Positions 16,865-25,954 of a stretch of 64,000 nt of DNA are shown here, piece after piece. The position numbers and the translations under genes were made by a program. The notes below the pieces were generated by a model, which was not told the origin of the DNA, searched no databases, and saw nothing but the letters and a program-made list of their open reading frames with translations. Origin of the DNA: Gemmatimonadales bacterium (lineage in GTDB: Bacteria; Gemmatimonadota; Gemmatimonadetes; Gemmatimonadales; GWC2-71-9); NCBI GenBank assembly GCA_046160105.1, contig JBJXGT010000004.1:2816-66815 (forward strand), written 5' to 3'. Each line of letters begins with the position of its first letter. Position 1 is the stretch's first letter.

Positions 16865-17557
16865 ATGACCAAAGAGCGCAAGTACCAGGACCACGAGATC
16901 CGGCAGATCCTCAATCTGGCCATCGGTCAGGAGGACGGTCCGGCTCAGTCGCTCCCTGCGGTCGACGGCCTGACGCTCCACCAGCTGCAGGAGGTCGGGC
17001 GCGAGGTTGGGCTGCCCCCGGACCGGATCAGCCAGGCCGTCGCGGCATTCGAGGGGGGTGGGGTCCCCGCCCCTCGTGGCACCTTTCTCGGATTGCCGGC
17101 ATCCGTCGGGAGAGTCGTCCCTCTACCTCGGAGCCCATCGGACCGAGAGTGGGAGCTACTGATCGCGGAGTTGCGCACGACGTTTGGCGGAAAGGGTGAG
17201 TTGACCTCGCATGGTGGTCTTCGAGAGTGGTCGCTCGGAACGCTGCACGCGTTTCTCGAGCCCACCGAGACCGGACACCGGTTGCGATTGACCGATTCGA
17301 GCGCGGCGGTAGGCGGGATCGTTCTCGGCGGGTCTGTCTTGGCGTTTGCTCTCTTGATCTTCGTGGTTCTCCTCGGCAAGGACGACCCCGGCTTCAGGTT
17401 CGCGGTTCCGGCGTTCTTTTCTTTGATCGGAGGTGGCCTGGTCGCCGCCAGCGTGACATCGCTTCCCAAGTGGGCCCGCGAACAGGAAAGGCGCATGGAG
17501 TACATCAGTCGGCATGCCGTGTCGCTCCTTGCCCTGCCTGGGTCGCGGGACGACTGA
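16865..17557 (+). CDS. hypothetical membrane protein (soluble N-domain + 2 TM)
   Basis: 230 aa with two hydrophobic helices (IVLGGSVLAFALLIFVVLL and FAVPAFFSLIGGGLVAASV). No family was recognised. Confidence 0.55.
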   Translation: MTKERKYQDHEIRQILNLAIGQEDGPAQSLPAVDGLTLHQLQEVGREVGLPPDRISQAVAAFEGGGVPAPRGTFLGLPASVGRVVPLPRSPSDREWELLIAELRTTFGGKGELTSHGGLREWSLGTLHAFLEPTETGHRLRLTDSSAAVGGIVLGGSVLAFALLIFVVLLGKDDPGFRFAVPAFFSLIGGGLVAASVTSLPKWAREQERRMEYISRHAVSLLALPGSRDD

Positions 17558-17666
17558 AGGGAAGCCAGAGTCTCGCTGAGCCTCGCCAGCGCCGCGAGTT
17601 GGGCGTGGGGCCCATGATGAAGGTCGATCCTAGACTGGCTCGCGTTGACCGCCGCTGGCCCCTGCC

Positions 17667-18167
17667 CTACTCACGCATGAAGTGACAGGAGTACCCACCG
17701 GGGTTCTTCCGCAGGTAGTCCTGGTGGTACGACTCCGCGCTGTACCAGGTGGAGGCGGGTTCGATGGTCGTGGTGATCGGCCGCCTCCACTTCCCGGACG
17801 CCTCCACCCGCGCCTTCACCCGCTCGGCGGTGGCCTTCTGCTCCGCGGTCGCCGGAAAGATCGCCGAGCGGTATTGGGTGCCGACATCGTTGCCCTGGCG
17901 ATTGAGGGTGGTGGGATCGTGCAGTTTGAAGAACCACTTCTCGAGCAGGTCTTCGTAGCTGAGCACTGACGGGTCGAACGTCACCCGGATGGCCTCGGCG
18001 TGCCCGGACTTGCTGTCGTGGGTGTCGTGATAGGTCGGATTCTCCAGCCAGCCGCCGGTGTAGCCCACGTCGGTATCGATCACCCCAGGCACGCCGCGGA
18101 GGATCTCCTCGACGCCCCAGAAGCAGCCGCCGGCCAGCACCGCGACCTCGGTCGGTCGCTCGGTCAT
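17667..18167 (-). CDS. msrA: peptide-methionine (S)-S-oxide reductase
   Basis: GGCFWGVE catalytic motif and a GHAEA...YDP-type core. AAGGAG lies 7 nt upstream of the ATG at 18167. Confidence 0.93.
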   Translation of the reverse strand: MTERPTEVAVLAGGCFWGVEEILRGVPGVIDTDVGYTGGWLENPTYHDTHDSKSGHAEAIRVTFDPSVLSYEDLLEKWFFKLHDPTTLNRQGNDVGTQYRSAIFPATAEQKATAERVKARVEASGKWRRPITTTIEPASTWYSAESYHQDYLRKNPGGYSCHFMRE

Positions 18168-18359
18168 AACGCTCTCCTTGTCGACCCGGTCCGGAATGCC
18201 CAACTGGAGGTCGCGCTACCTATCTACGAAGACGGTGGCCCCCAGTCAACGGGAACGTGCCAGAGCGGAGTCGAAGCGATCCCTAGGTATCTTTCCAGCA
18301 GAATTCCCGAGACGGCGGCCCGCTAGCCGGCGCCTTTCTGCCCGGAGGTATCCAGCCCC

Positions 18360-19481
18360 ATGGGTGAGCATCCCCCTCAGATCAGCCTCGAATCGTGGCT
18401 GGTCTCGGCCGGCCGAGGCGCCGAGCCCGGCGCGCCGCTCAACGTGCCGCTGATCCCTGCGTCGAACTTCATCCTCGGAGCGGGGCGCGCGTACTCGCGT
18501 GACGATGGTACGCCGACCTGGGAAGCGCTCGAAGACGTGGTCGGTGGGCTCGAGTCCGGCAAGGCGGTGGCGTTCGCGTCCGGGATGGCCGCGATCGCCT
18601 CGGTGTTCGATCAGCTGGCCGCTGGCGCCGTGGTCGTGCTGCCGGATGACTGCTATCAGGGCGTCGCCGGACTCGCCGACGCGGGAGTTTCCAGACGACG
18701 TTGGTCGGTGCAGCGCGTGCCCGTCGCTGATACGGCCGGTTGGGTTCGCGCCTGCGGAGTCGCGGATCTGATTTGGCTCGAGTCGCCCTCGAACCCGCTG
18801 CTGGCGGTGGCGGATCTCGAGGCCATCTGCGCGGCCCCCCGGAAGCGAGGGGCGATCGTCGCCGTGGACAATACCTTCGCGACCCCGTTGAATCAACAGC
18901 CGCTCGCCTATGGCGCGACGGTCTCCCTGCAGTCGGCAACCAAGTTCATTGGCGGCCACTCCGACCTCCTGGCGGGAGTAGCTACGACGAGGGACGATGC
19001 CCTCTGGCACGCCCTGCGGACGTCCCGCGAGCTGACCGGGGCTACCCCAGGAACCCTCGAGGCGTTCCTCGCGGTGCGCGGCGCCCGGACCCTCGCCCTT
19101 CGATTGGAACGGGCCCAGCAGACGGCCGAGTTCCTCGCGGATCGGCTGGCGGCGCATCCGCGGGTCGATCGGGTCCGATATCCGGGCCTGCCATCGCACC
19201 CGACCCACGCGGTGGCCAAGCGGGTACTCAAGGGCTTCGGGACCATCATCTCGTTCGACGTCGGTGGAGGAGCGGAGGTCGCCGATGCGATCTGTCGGCG
19301 GGTCCGGCTGATCCGCCACGCGACGAGCCTCGGGGCGGTAGAATCAACGATGGAGCGACGGGCCGCGATTCCAGGGCAAGATCACCTGCCGCCCTCGCTG
19401 CTCCGGCTCAGCGTCGGTATCGAGCACCCGGACGATCTCTGGGCCGACCTCGACTCGGCACTGGGCGCGGTTGCGCCGTGA
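18360..19481 (+). CDS. Cys/Met-metabolism PLP-dependent enzyme (cystathionine gamma-synthase/gamma-lyase family)
   Basis: SATKFIGGHSDLLAG PLP-lysine motif, and a family-typical C-terminus (LGAVESTMERRA...LLRLSVGIE). Confidence 0.88.
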   Translation: MGEHPPQISLESWLVSAGRGAEPGAPLNVPLIPASNFILGAGRAYSRDDGTPTWEALEDVVGGLESGKAVAFASGMAAIASVFDQLAAGAVVVLPDDCYQGVAGLADAGVSRRRWSVQRVPVADTAGWVRACGVADLIWLESPSNPLLAVADLEAICAAPRKRGAIVAVDNTFATPLNQQPLAYGATVSLQSATKFIGGHSDLLAGVATTRDDALWHALRTSRELTGATPGTLEAFLAVRGARTLALRLERAQQTAEFLADRLAAHPRVDRVRYPGLPSHPTHAVAKRVLKGFGTIISFDVGGGAEVADAICRRVRLIRHATSLGAVESTMERRAAIPGQDHLPPSLLRLSVGIEHPDDLWADLDSALGAVAP

Positions 19482-19512
19482 ACCGATGCCCGCTGAACCC
19501 GGGAGAGTCACC

Positions 19513-19911
19513 ATGAGCCAAGCGGAGATTGCCGGGATCTCGCCGTTCTTCATCGTGAGCCACGTGCCGACGTCGCTGTCCTTCTATCGCGACCGGCTCG
19601 GGTTCGAGATCACCTTCGAGGGGCCCGCTCCCGATGACATCTTCTTCGGCATCGTGCGCCGGGGCGGGGCGCAGATTCTGTTCAAGGACGTCGGGGTCGC
19701 GCCAACGCCGAACTGCACCCGCGACATCAAGCAGGGCATCGCTCGCTGGGACGCATTCGTCGCGGTCCCGGACCCCGACCTCCTGGCGGCCGAGTTCGCG
19801 TCGCGTCAGGTCCAGTTGTCCGAGCCGCTGCAAGACACCGATGACGGGTTGCGTGGCTTCGAGGTGAAGGACGTCGACGGCTACGTCTTGTTCTTCGGTC
19901 GCCCTCGGTGA
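19513..19911 (+). CDS. VOC (glyoxalase) family protein
   Basis: ISPFFIVSHVPTSLSFYRDRLGFEI...LRGFEVKDVDGYVLFFG. GGGAGAG precedes the ATG at 19513. Confidence 0.8.
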   Translation: MSQAEIAGISPFFIVSHVPTSLSFYRDRLGFEITFEGPAPDDIFFGIVRRGGAQILFKDVGVAPTPNCTRDIKQGIARWDAFVAVPDPDLLAAEFASRQVQLSEPLQDTDDGLRGFEVKDVDGYVLFFGRPR

Positions 19912-19936
19912 TTGGCGGACCTGGCCGGGAAACCGG

Positions 19937-20488
19937 GTGAGCCGCAAGCCGGACCCGATCACGCTGACGCAGGCCGACCTACGCGCCGTGGGCCGATGGG
20001 CCCTTGGCTGCGTCGAGCGGGCGTTGCCGGTCTTCGAGGCCTACGCCCCTTCGGATTCGCGCCCCCGCGAGGCGGCCGAGGGTCTCAGAACGTTCGTCAA
20101 TGGTGGCCCAAGGACAGCGAAGCTGCGGGCGCTCGGCTGGGCGGCATGGGCCGCCCGCGAGGTCGGCGATCCCGCCGCCGCGACCGCCGCGCGTGCCGCC
20201 AGCCTGGCGGCGGCGATCGCCTACACCCACCCGCTCGCGACCGTGCATCAGGCGAACCACACCCTGGGCCCAGCCGGGTATGCCGCCTTGGCCCTCGAGT
20301 TGGCGGCAGGCGGCGATCAAAGCGTGGGTGATGCGGAGATTCGATGGGCGCTCGGCCAGGCATCGTCTGAGGTTCGCGAGGTCGTGACCCGGATGGCGGC
20401 GCCCAGCACCGGACCGGGACGGCTTGGCGCCCTCCTTCGCCAACTGGATACTGGCCTTCGCGCGGATCCGACGCCGGGGAACACGTAA
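19937..20488 (+). CDS. conserved all-alpha hypothetical protein (putative Imm5-like family; from memory, homologues are often mislabelled 'exonuclease SbcC')
   Basis: The pattern LTQADLRAVGRWALGCVERALPVFEAYAPSDSRPREAAEGLRTFVNG...HTLGPAGYAALA...GRLGALLRQLD resembles a widespread actinobacterial family of about 180 aa. Recognition is from memory only. The start is GTG. Confidence 0.5.
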   Translation: MSRKPDPITLTQADLRAVGRWALGCVERALPVFEAYAPSDSRPREAAEGLRTFVNGGPRTAKLRALGWAAWAAREVGDPAAATAARAASLAAAIAYTHPLATVHQANHTLGPAGYAALALELAAGGDQSVGDAEIRWALGQASSEVREVVTRMAAPSTGPGRLGALLRQLDTGLRADPTPGNT

Positions 20489-20508
20489 ACCGAGAAAAGG
20501 AGCACCCC

Positions 20509-21648
20509 ATGGGACGATGCCTGCTCGCCACCGCGATGGCCTTCGCCATTTCGGGAGGCCCCCCCAGGACCCTCGCCCAGACCCCGGCCGTTGAGATCGC
20601 CGTGGTGGCCAACTCGTCGGACGCCACCGTCGCGCTGGTGAACGTCGCCACCCGCGCCATCGTCGGGCGGATCGACGTCAATCCCGCCAAAGTGCCGGCC
20701 TCGGGGCCGGGCGCGCCCAACTACGCGCAAGACACCGACGTCTCGCCCGATGGTCGGACGCTCTACGTCTCCCGCGGCTACTTGGGCGACGTGGCCGCGT
20801 TCGACCTGGCAACCGGGAACCTACTCTGGAACACCTCGCTCAACACTAAGCGCGCCGATCACATGACGCTGAGCCGCGACGGGCGGGCGCTCTTCGTCTC
20901 GGCGATGCTCGACAATCGGGTCTATCGGCTCGAGACCACGACCGGGAAGATCACCGGCCACGTCGTGACCGGGATCTACCCGCACGACAACAAGATCTCC
21001 ACCGACGGAAAGTGGCTCTACAACACCAGCATCGGCGCCCTCGCCACGATGCCCCGCCCCGCCAACGCCGCGCCGGTCGCCGACCGGCCGGGGGCGCCGT
21101 TCCAGATCACGGTCGTCGACGTGGCCACCATGAAGGCGCGGGACGCGATCATCACCGAGAAGGCGATCCGCCCGTGGCACTTCGCCCCCGGCGAACGGGG
21201 CCTCTATGTCCAGATGGCCAACGAGCACGCCGTCGCGCTCTACGATCTCGACGCCCGCCATTTCACCCGGCGGCTCGAGCTGCCGGTGAAGGCCGGGATC
21301 ACGGTCAAGGACTACGACTTCGAGGCGCCCCATCACGGGCTGGCGCTCAGCGACGACGGGAAGACCCTGTGCCTGGCGGGGCGAGCGTCCGACTACGCGG
21401 CGCTGGTCAGCGCGCCCGACCTCACCCTGCTGGCCACGGTGCCGGTGGGCGACGGCCCGGGTTGGTCCGAGATGGCCGATGCCGGGAGGATTTGCCTGGT
21501 TACCAACACCCGGAGCGACGACCTCTCGATCATCTCGATCGCCGAGCGGAAGGAGATCCTCCGGTTGTCGGTCGGCGACGGGCCCAAGCACATCACCATG
21601 GCGCGGATTCCGGCGTCGGTGCTCGCCGCCATCAAGGCGCGACCGTGA
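20509..21648 (+). CDS. secreted YVTN/YncE-like beta-propeller repeat protein
   Basis: Signal peptide, AAGGAG ribosome-binding site, and repeated motifs (VANSSDATVALVNVATRAIVGRIDV, SPDGRTLYVS, LSRDGRALFVS, SDDGKTLCLAG). Confidence 0.75.
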   Translation: MGRCLLATAMAFAISGGPPRTLAQTPAVEIAVVANSSDATVALVNVATRAIVGRIDVNPAKVPASGPGAPNYAQDTDVSPDGRTLYVSRGYLGDVAAFDLATGNLLWNTSLNTKRADHMTLSRDGRALFVSAMLDNRVYRLETTTGKITGHVVTGIYPHDNKISTDGKWLYNTSIGALATMPRPANAAPVADRPGAPFQITVVDVATMKARDAIITEKAIRPWHFAPGERGLYVQMANEHAVALYDLDARHFTRRLELPVKAGITVKDYDFEAPHHGLALSDDGKTLCLAGRASDYAALVSAPDLTLLATVPVGDGPGWSEMADAGRICLVTNTRSDDLSIISIAERKEILRLSVGDGPKHITMARIPASVLAAIKARP

Positions 21649-21661
21649 GATCCCCCCTCGG

Positions 21662-21715
21662 TTGACGCCTCGGGCCCCCGGCCCTAGCTTACCTAACCGG
21701 GTTGGGCAACCCGGT
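21662..21715 (+). promoter_or_regulatory. candidate promoter (TTGACG-17-TAGCTT) followed by inverted repeat ACCGGGTT-GGGC-AACCCGGT upstream of padR
   Basis: -35 at 21662-21667, -10 at 21685-21690, and 8-bp arms at 21696-21703 and 21708-21715. The padR ATG at 21744 has GGAGG 6 nt upstream. Confidence 0.3.
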
Positions 21716-21743
21716 GTGGTCAGCTCGCGACCGGAGGACGTCC

Positions 21744-22076
21744 ATGGCCCGTGATCCTCTCGACCTGCTCTACGGCTCCCTCGATCTCCTCATCCTCCGG
21801 AGCCTGACGCCGCAACCGATGCATGGCTACGGCATCTCCGGCTTCATCCGCGAGCGCACCGGCGGCGTCCTCGAAATCGTCGACGCGGCGCTCTACAAGT
21901 GCCTCCACCGCCTGGAGCGCCAGGGCCTGATCGCCGGGGATTGGGGCGTCACCGACGAGAATCGCCGCGCCAAGTTCTACCAGTTGACCCCGGCCGGCCG
22001 CGCCGCGCTGAAGGCCGAGACCAGTGCCTGGCGGAAGTATGTCGCGGCGGTGGGCAAGGTATTGGAGCCGGCCTGA
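21744..22076 (+). CDS. PadR family transcriptional regulator
   Basis: LDLLILRSLTPQPMHGYGISGFIRERTGGVLEIVDAALYKCLHRLERQGLIAGDWG...RRAKFYQLTPAGR is canonical PadR. Confidence 0.92.
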   Translation: MARDPLDLLYGSLDLLILRSLTPQPMHGYGISGFIRERTGGVLEIVDAALYKCLHRLERQGLIAGDWGVTDENRRAKFYQLTPAGRAALKAETSAWRKYVAAVGKVLEPA

Positions 22077-22078
22077 CC

Positions 22079-24733
22079 GTGCCGGCTCCCCGCCACCGTC
22101 GCCTTTTCCGGCTGCCGTTCAGTCGGGCCACCGCGGCCGAGGTGGACGACGAGTTCCAGTTTCATCTGCTGATGCGGGCGCGGGATCTCGAGCGCCTGGG
22201 ACATTCACCCGAACGAGCCCGCGCCATGGCCCTGGCGGAGTTCGGCGACATTGACGACGCTCGGCGGGTCTGCCGGGCCGAGGACGAGGAACGAATGCGC
22301 GACCATCGACGAAGTCAGTGGCTCGACGGCTTGCGGCAAGACTTGTGGTACGCGGTCCGCGGCCTCCGGCGGCAGCCGGGGTTCGCCCTCTCCATCGTGC
22401 TCACCCTGGGTCTGGCGATCGGGATCGCGGCGTCGGCGTACGGCGTGGTACACGCGTACCTGGTACGGCCCCTGCCCTACCCGGAAGCGGACCGGTTGGT
22501 TCGCGTCGTGCCGGAGGCCGCTAACGGGCGGCTGCCGGATCCCGAGCGCCTCCAGCAGATCGACTGGAGCGTCGCCGACCGGGTCTTCGCGGCCACGGCT
22601 TCGTGGAATCCGGACGGGTTTACCATCGCCGGCACCGACCGCACCGAGTCGGTTCGGGGAGCCTGGGTCTCCGCCCCGTACTTCACGGTCCTCGGCAAGC
22701 GGCCAGCCCTGGGACGGGTGTTCGAACCCGCCGAGCACGCCGGCACCGGCTCGGCGGTGATCCTGAGCGACGCGCTGTGGTCGCGGCTCTTCGCCCGCGA
22801 CCCGTCGCTGGTCGGTCGTGCCATCCGGGTCCAGTCACTCGAGGTGCCCGATCGCGCCGAGCTGGTGACGGTCGTGGGGATCCTGCCGCCCGATTCGTGG
22901 CACGTGGACCAGTTCACGGACCTGCTCCGGCCGATGCCGCCGGGCCCCCAGTATCCGATGATGGCAAGGCTCGAGCCCGGGGTCACCATCCAGGCGGCCG
23001 AAGCGCGCCTCAACGCGCTGGTTCTGCCGCAGATGCCCGGCGTCGACAGCGCTTTCCGTTTCACGCTGGTGGGCGCCCAGGAGGCCTACACTCGCTCGGT
23101 CCGGACCACGCTCATCGCGCTGGTCGGCGGGGCGCTGTTCCTGTTGCTCATCGCCGGGGCGAACATCGCCGGGGCCAAGACCGCGCGGGCGGTGGCCCGG
23201 CGGGCCGAGATACAACTGCGCCTGGCGCTCGGAGCCTCCCGCGCCCGGGTCATCCAGCAATTGCTGGTGGAGAACCTGCTCGTCGCCGGCCTGGCCGGAC
23301 TCGCGGGTGCCGTGCTGGCGGGTGCGTTCCTCGCCAGCGTCGGCGCCATCGTCGGCGAGCGGCTGGGCACCGGCGTGCCCGGCGGCGGGGGCCGGCTCGC
23401 TCTCGGGCCGGGAATGCTGGCGTCGATCGCCGCGGCCGGCGCGCTGGTGGGGACGGCGTTCGGCTTGGTTCCCGCGCTCCTCCTCACCCGGAGGGCCGCG
23501 GCCGCCGATGGGGTCGGCGAGGCGATGGGTGGAGTCCGCGGGGGTGCCACTGCCGCGGTTCCGCCGGCGCTCCGTTGGGGACTGATCGTGGCGCAGGTGG
23601 CGTTCACCGTGATGCTCCTGGCCGGCGCGGGCTTGATGGGGCGCACCATCCTCGCGATCGCGCTGACACCGCTCGGGTTCGACGAGCGGCAGGTCGTGCA
23701 GGGCAACCTGTTCCTGCCCCCGACCCGCTACCCCGACGACAACGCGATCCGACGCGGGCTGGCCGGGATCCTGGCGGAGGCGGCGGTCGCACCTGGGATC
23801 CGGGCCACCGCGGGCGCGTTCCCGGATCCCCTCCGCGGCTTCGTCCTCCCGCCGGCCCGGGTCAGCTCGGACGTGGGCGGGAGCGCGGGCGTGGAGGAGC
23901 GGCCAGCCTCCTCGTACGTCGTGACGCCGGGCTTCTTCGAGTCGCTCGCCATCCCGGTCAACGCGGGCCGGGCGTTCGGTGAGCAGGACGGGGCGGAGGC
24001 GCTCCCGGTGGCGATCGTCAGTGAAACGCTGGCGCGGCAGCTGTGGCCCGGTCAGGCCGCGATCGGCCGCCGGCTCCGCACCGCGGAAGACTCGGTGTGG
24101 CGCACGGTGGTCGGGGTCGCCGGGGAGATCCGACTGCCGGTGGAGGCCGCTCCCTCGGGCGAGCTGTACTTGCCGTTCGGGCAACGGCCGATCCGGCTGG
24201 TCTTTCTCCTGGCCCGGGTCTCGGGCGATCCGGCCGGGCAGGCCGCCGAGCTGCAACGGGCGGTGTCTCGCGCCGACGACGGGCTCGGGCTCGGCGGCGT
24301 CGCGCCGCTCGACGATTTGGCGAGCCGGATGACGGGGCGGCATCAGGCACTCGCGACGGTGCTCTCGGTCTTCGCCCTGCTGGCGCTTGGCCTCGCGATG
24401 CTGGGACTCTACGCGTCGCTCGCCTACGTGGTGGCGCAGCGGCGGCGGGAGATCGCGATCCGGGTCGCGGTGGGAGCCGACCGGTGGTCGGTCTGCCGGC
24501 TGGTGGCGCGGGAAGGCGCGATGTTGGTGACGGTCGGACTGGCGCTCGGGCTGGCGCTGAGCCTGTCGCTGACCGGACTTCTTCGCTCGCAGCTGTACGG
24601 CGTCACCCCGACCGACCCCGCGACCTACGCGGCCATCGTGGCGCTGCTCGGCGGCTCGGCCCTGATCGCGGCGATCGCGCCGCTCCAGCAGGCCTCCAGG
24701 GTGAACCCGGTGGAGATCTTGCGGACCGAGTGA
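22079..24733 (+). CDS. ADOP-family (duplicated MacB/FtsX-like) ABC transporter permease
   Basis: A GTG 3 nt after the padR stop is the likely start. The N-terminus has the family-typical PRHRRLFRLPF...EVDDEFQFHL...LRQDLWYAVRGLRRQPGF, followed by two MacB_PCD + FtsX modules and a C-terminal NPVEILRTE. Confidence 0.88.
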   Translation: MPAPRHRRLFRLPFSRATAAEVDDEFQFHLLMRARDLERLGHSPERARAMALAEFGDIDDARRVCRAEDEERMRDHRRSQWLDGLRQDLWYAVRGLRRQPGFALSIVLTLGLAIGIAASAYGVVHAYLVRPLPYPEADRLVRVVPEAANGRLPDPERLQQIDWSVADRVFAATASWNPDGFTIAGTDRTESVRGAWVSAPYFTVLGKRPALGRVFEPAEHAGTGSAVILSDALWSRLFARDPSLVGRAIRVQSLEVPDRAELVTVVGILPPDSWHVDQFTDLLRPMPPGPQYPMMARLEPGVTIQAAEARLNALVLPQMPGVDSAFRFTLVGAQEAYTRSVRTTLIALVGGALFLLLIAGANIAGAKTARAVARRAEIQLRLALGASRARVIQQLLVENLLVAGLAGLAGAVLAGAFLASVGAIVGERLGTGVPGGGGRLALGPGMLASIAAAGALVGTAFGLVPALLLTRRAAAADGVGEAMGGVRGGATAAVPPALRWGLIVAQVAFTVMLLAGAGLMGRTILAIALTPLGFDERQVVQGNLFLPPTRYPDDNAIRRGLAGILAEAAVAPGIRATAGAFPDPLRGFVLPPARVSSDVGGSAGVEERPASSYVVTPGFFESLAIPVNAGRAFGEQDGAEALPVAIVSETLARQLWPGQAAIGRRLRTAEDSVWRTVVGVAGEIRLPVEAAPSGELYLPFGQRPIRLVFLLARVSGDPAGQAAELQRAVSRADDGLGLGGVAPLDDLASRMTGRHQALATVLSVFALLALGLAMLGLYASLAYVVAQRRREIAIRVAVGADRWSVCRLVAREGAMLVTVGLALGLALSLSLTGLLRSQLYGVTPTDPATYAAIVALLGGSALIAAIAPLQQASRVNPVEILRTE

Positions 24734-25624
24734 TCAGGCCAGAGTGACGCCGTCGGCGATTCGACGGAGCGCCGCGATGAAGTCCGGGTTGGTGTCGCAG
24801 CACCCGCCGATGACGGTGGCGCCATCATCGACCCAGCCTTTGGCAGCCGCGGCATACTCCTCTGGCCCGATCGGGGCGGCGATCGTCGACTCCGGTTCGC
24901 CTCCCTCCGGCTCTTCCAGGACCGGGTTGGCGTAGCCGCCGATCGGAAGGTCGGTCAGCTGGCGGAGGCGCCGGATCGCGGCGGTGGTCGCATTGCAACT
25001 GGTGCAGTTGACGAGCAAGGCGTCGGGCGCGAAGTCTTGGAGCCTCGCGACTGCCCGTTCAAAGGTGTCGCCGCCGCGCAGGAACTGACCCGTGCGCTCG
25101 ATCGTCCAGCTGACCATGAACGGCTTGCCGGACTCCTGAGCCGCGACGGCGGCGGCGCGGGCCTCGTCGGCCGTGGACAGCGTTTCGCACAGGTACACAT
25201 CCACATAGGGATGCAACGCCGCGACCATGCGCCGGTACCCGGCGACGTTGCTGTCGACGTCGCCGACGAGGTTGGCGGCGAAGCTCGTGTTGAGTGGCGG
25301 CAGCGAGCCGGCGACCCGCACCGGCCTCCGCGCGCTATCGCGAGCCGCCAGCGCACACTGCGACGCCTTCGCGGTCAGCGTCTCGAGCGCGTCTTCCATG
25401 CCTTCGCGGGCCAGCAGCACCGGCGTTACCGCATAGTTGTTGACCGTGATGATGTCCGCACCCGCATCGATGTACTCGCGGTGCAGCTGGGTGACGGCAT
25501 CCGGTGCCTCGACACAGGCGAGGGCCGACCACAACGACGACTTGTAGTCACGGACGTGGACACCGCGGGCCCGCAGTTCCGTTCCCATGGCACCGTCCAG
25601 CAGGGTAACTCGGCTAGTCGACAT
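24734..25624 (-). CDS. mmuM: homocysteine S-methyltransferase
   Basis: VTLLDGAMGTEL at the N-terminus and a GGCCDTNP zinc-site motif at the C-terminus. The stop abuts the ADOP stop (convergent genes, 0-nt gap). Confidence 0.85.
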   Translation of the reverse strand: MSTSRVTLLDGAMGTELRARGVHVRDYKSSLWSALACVEAPDAVTQLHREYIDAGADIITVNNYAVTPVLLAREGMEDALETLTAKASQCALAARDSARRPVRVAGSLPPLNTSFAANLVGDVDSNVAGYRRMVAALHPYVDVYLCETLSTADEARAAAVAAQESGKPFMVSWTIERTGQFLRGGDTFERAVARLQDFAPDALLVNCTSCNATTAAIRRLRQLTDLPIGGYANPVLEEPEGGEPESTIAAPIGPEEYAAAAKGWVDDGATVIGGCCDTNPDFIAALRRIADGVTLA

Positions 25625-25817
25625 GGGTGGCGCCCCTGTCAGAGGGTGGCAGCCGGCTCGGAGCATCGGCGCCCTCCAGCCCGGGCGGGTCGGGATCGTC
25701 GAGCAAGGATCCGGCGCGTGGCCGCGGTTCGGGCTTGACCGAGCAGGTGGTGAAGTTGAGCGTGAGACCGAGAGTGGCGGCGAGAACTGCGCCACGGGAG
25801 TAGGAGGTGGTCACCAC
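25614..25817 (-). CDS. possible small Pro-rich secreted/lipoprotein-like ORF overlapping the mmuM start
   Basis: A GTG-initiated frame of 67 codons (VVTTSYSRGAVLAATLGLTLNFTTCSVKPEP...) with mostly G/C third positions. Its stop overlaps the mmuM ATG by 11 nt. It has no clear ribosome-binding site and a non-canonical lipobox. Confidence 0.25.
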   Translation of the reverse strand: MVTTSYSRGAVLAATLGLTLNFTTCSVKPEPRPRAGSLLDDPDPPGLEGADAPSRLPPSDRGATHVD

Positions 25818-25954
25818 GCCAAAGATCGGACCACGGCGATCTTCTGTCCAGCGGGGGCCACGGCCCGAGTGCCGCGCGACACCGGACCGCGAAGTGGTTT
25901 GACAACGCGGGGTCGAGCACCAATGTTGATTGGAGACACGATAGGAGCACGTGA

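Noticed and set aside
25625-25720. SAM-I or SAM-IV riboswitch upstream of mmuM, based on partial resemblance of GGAGGGCGCCGAUGCUCCGAGCCGGCUGCC to GAGGGA..GCCC.AUGA..CC.GGCAACC.
   Set aside because: The key conserved nucleotides differ. There is no P1 (CUCUUAUC/GAGAUGAG) and no GGUGC..AA.UCC element, and the segment is too short to hold P3 and P4. It is kept only as a low-interest item needing cmscan.
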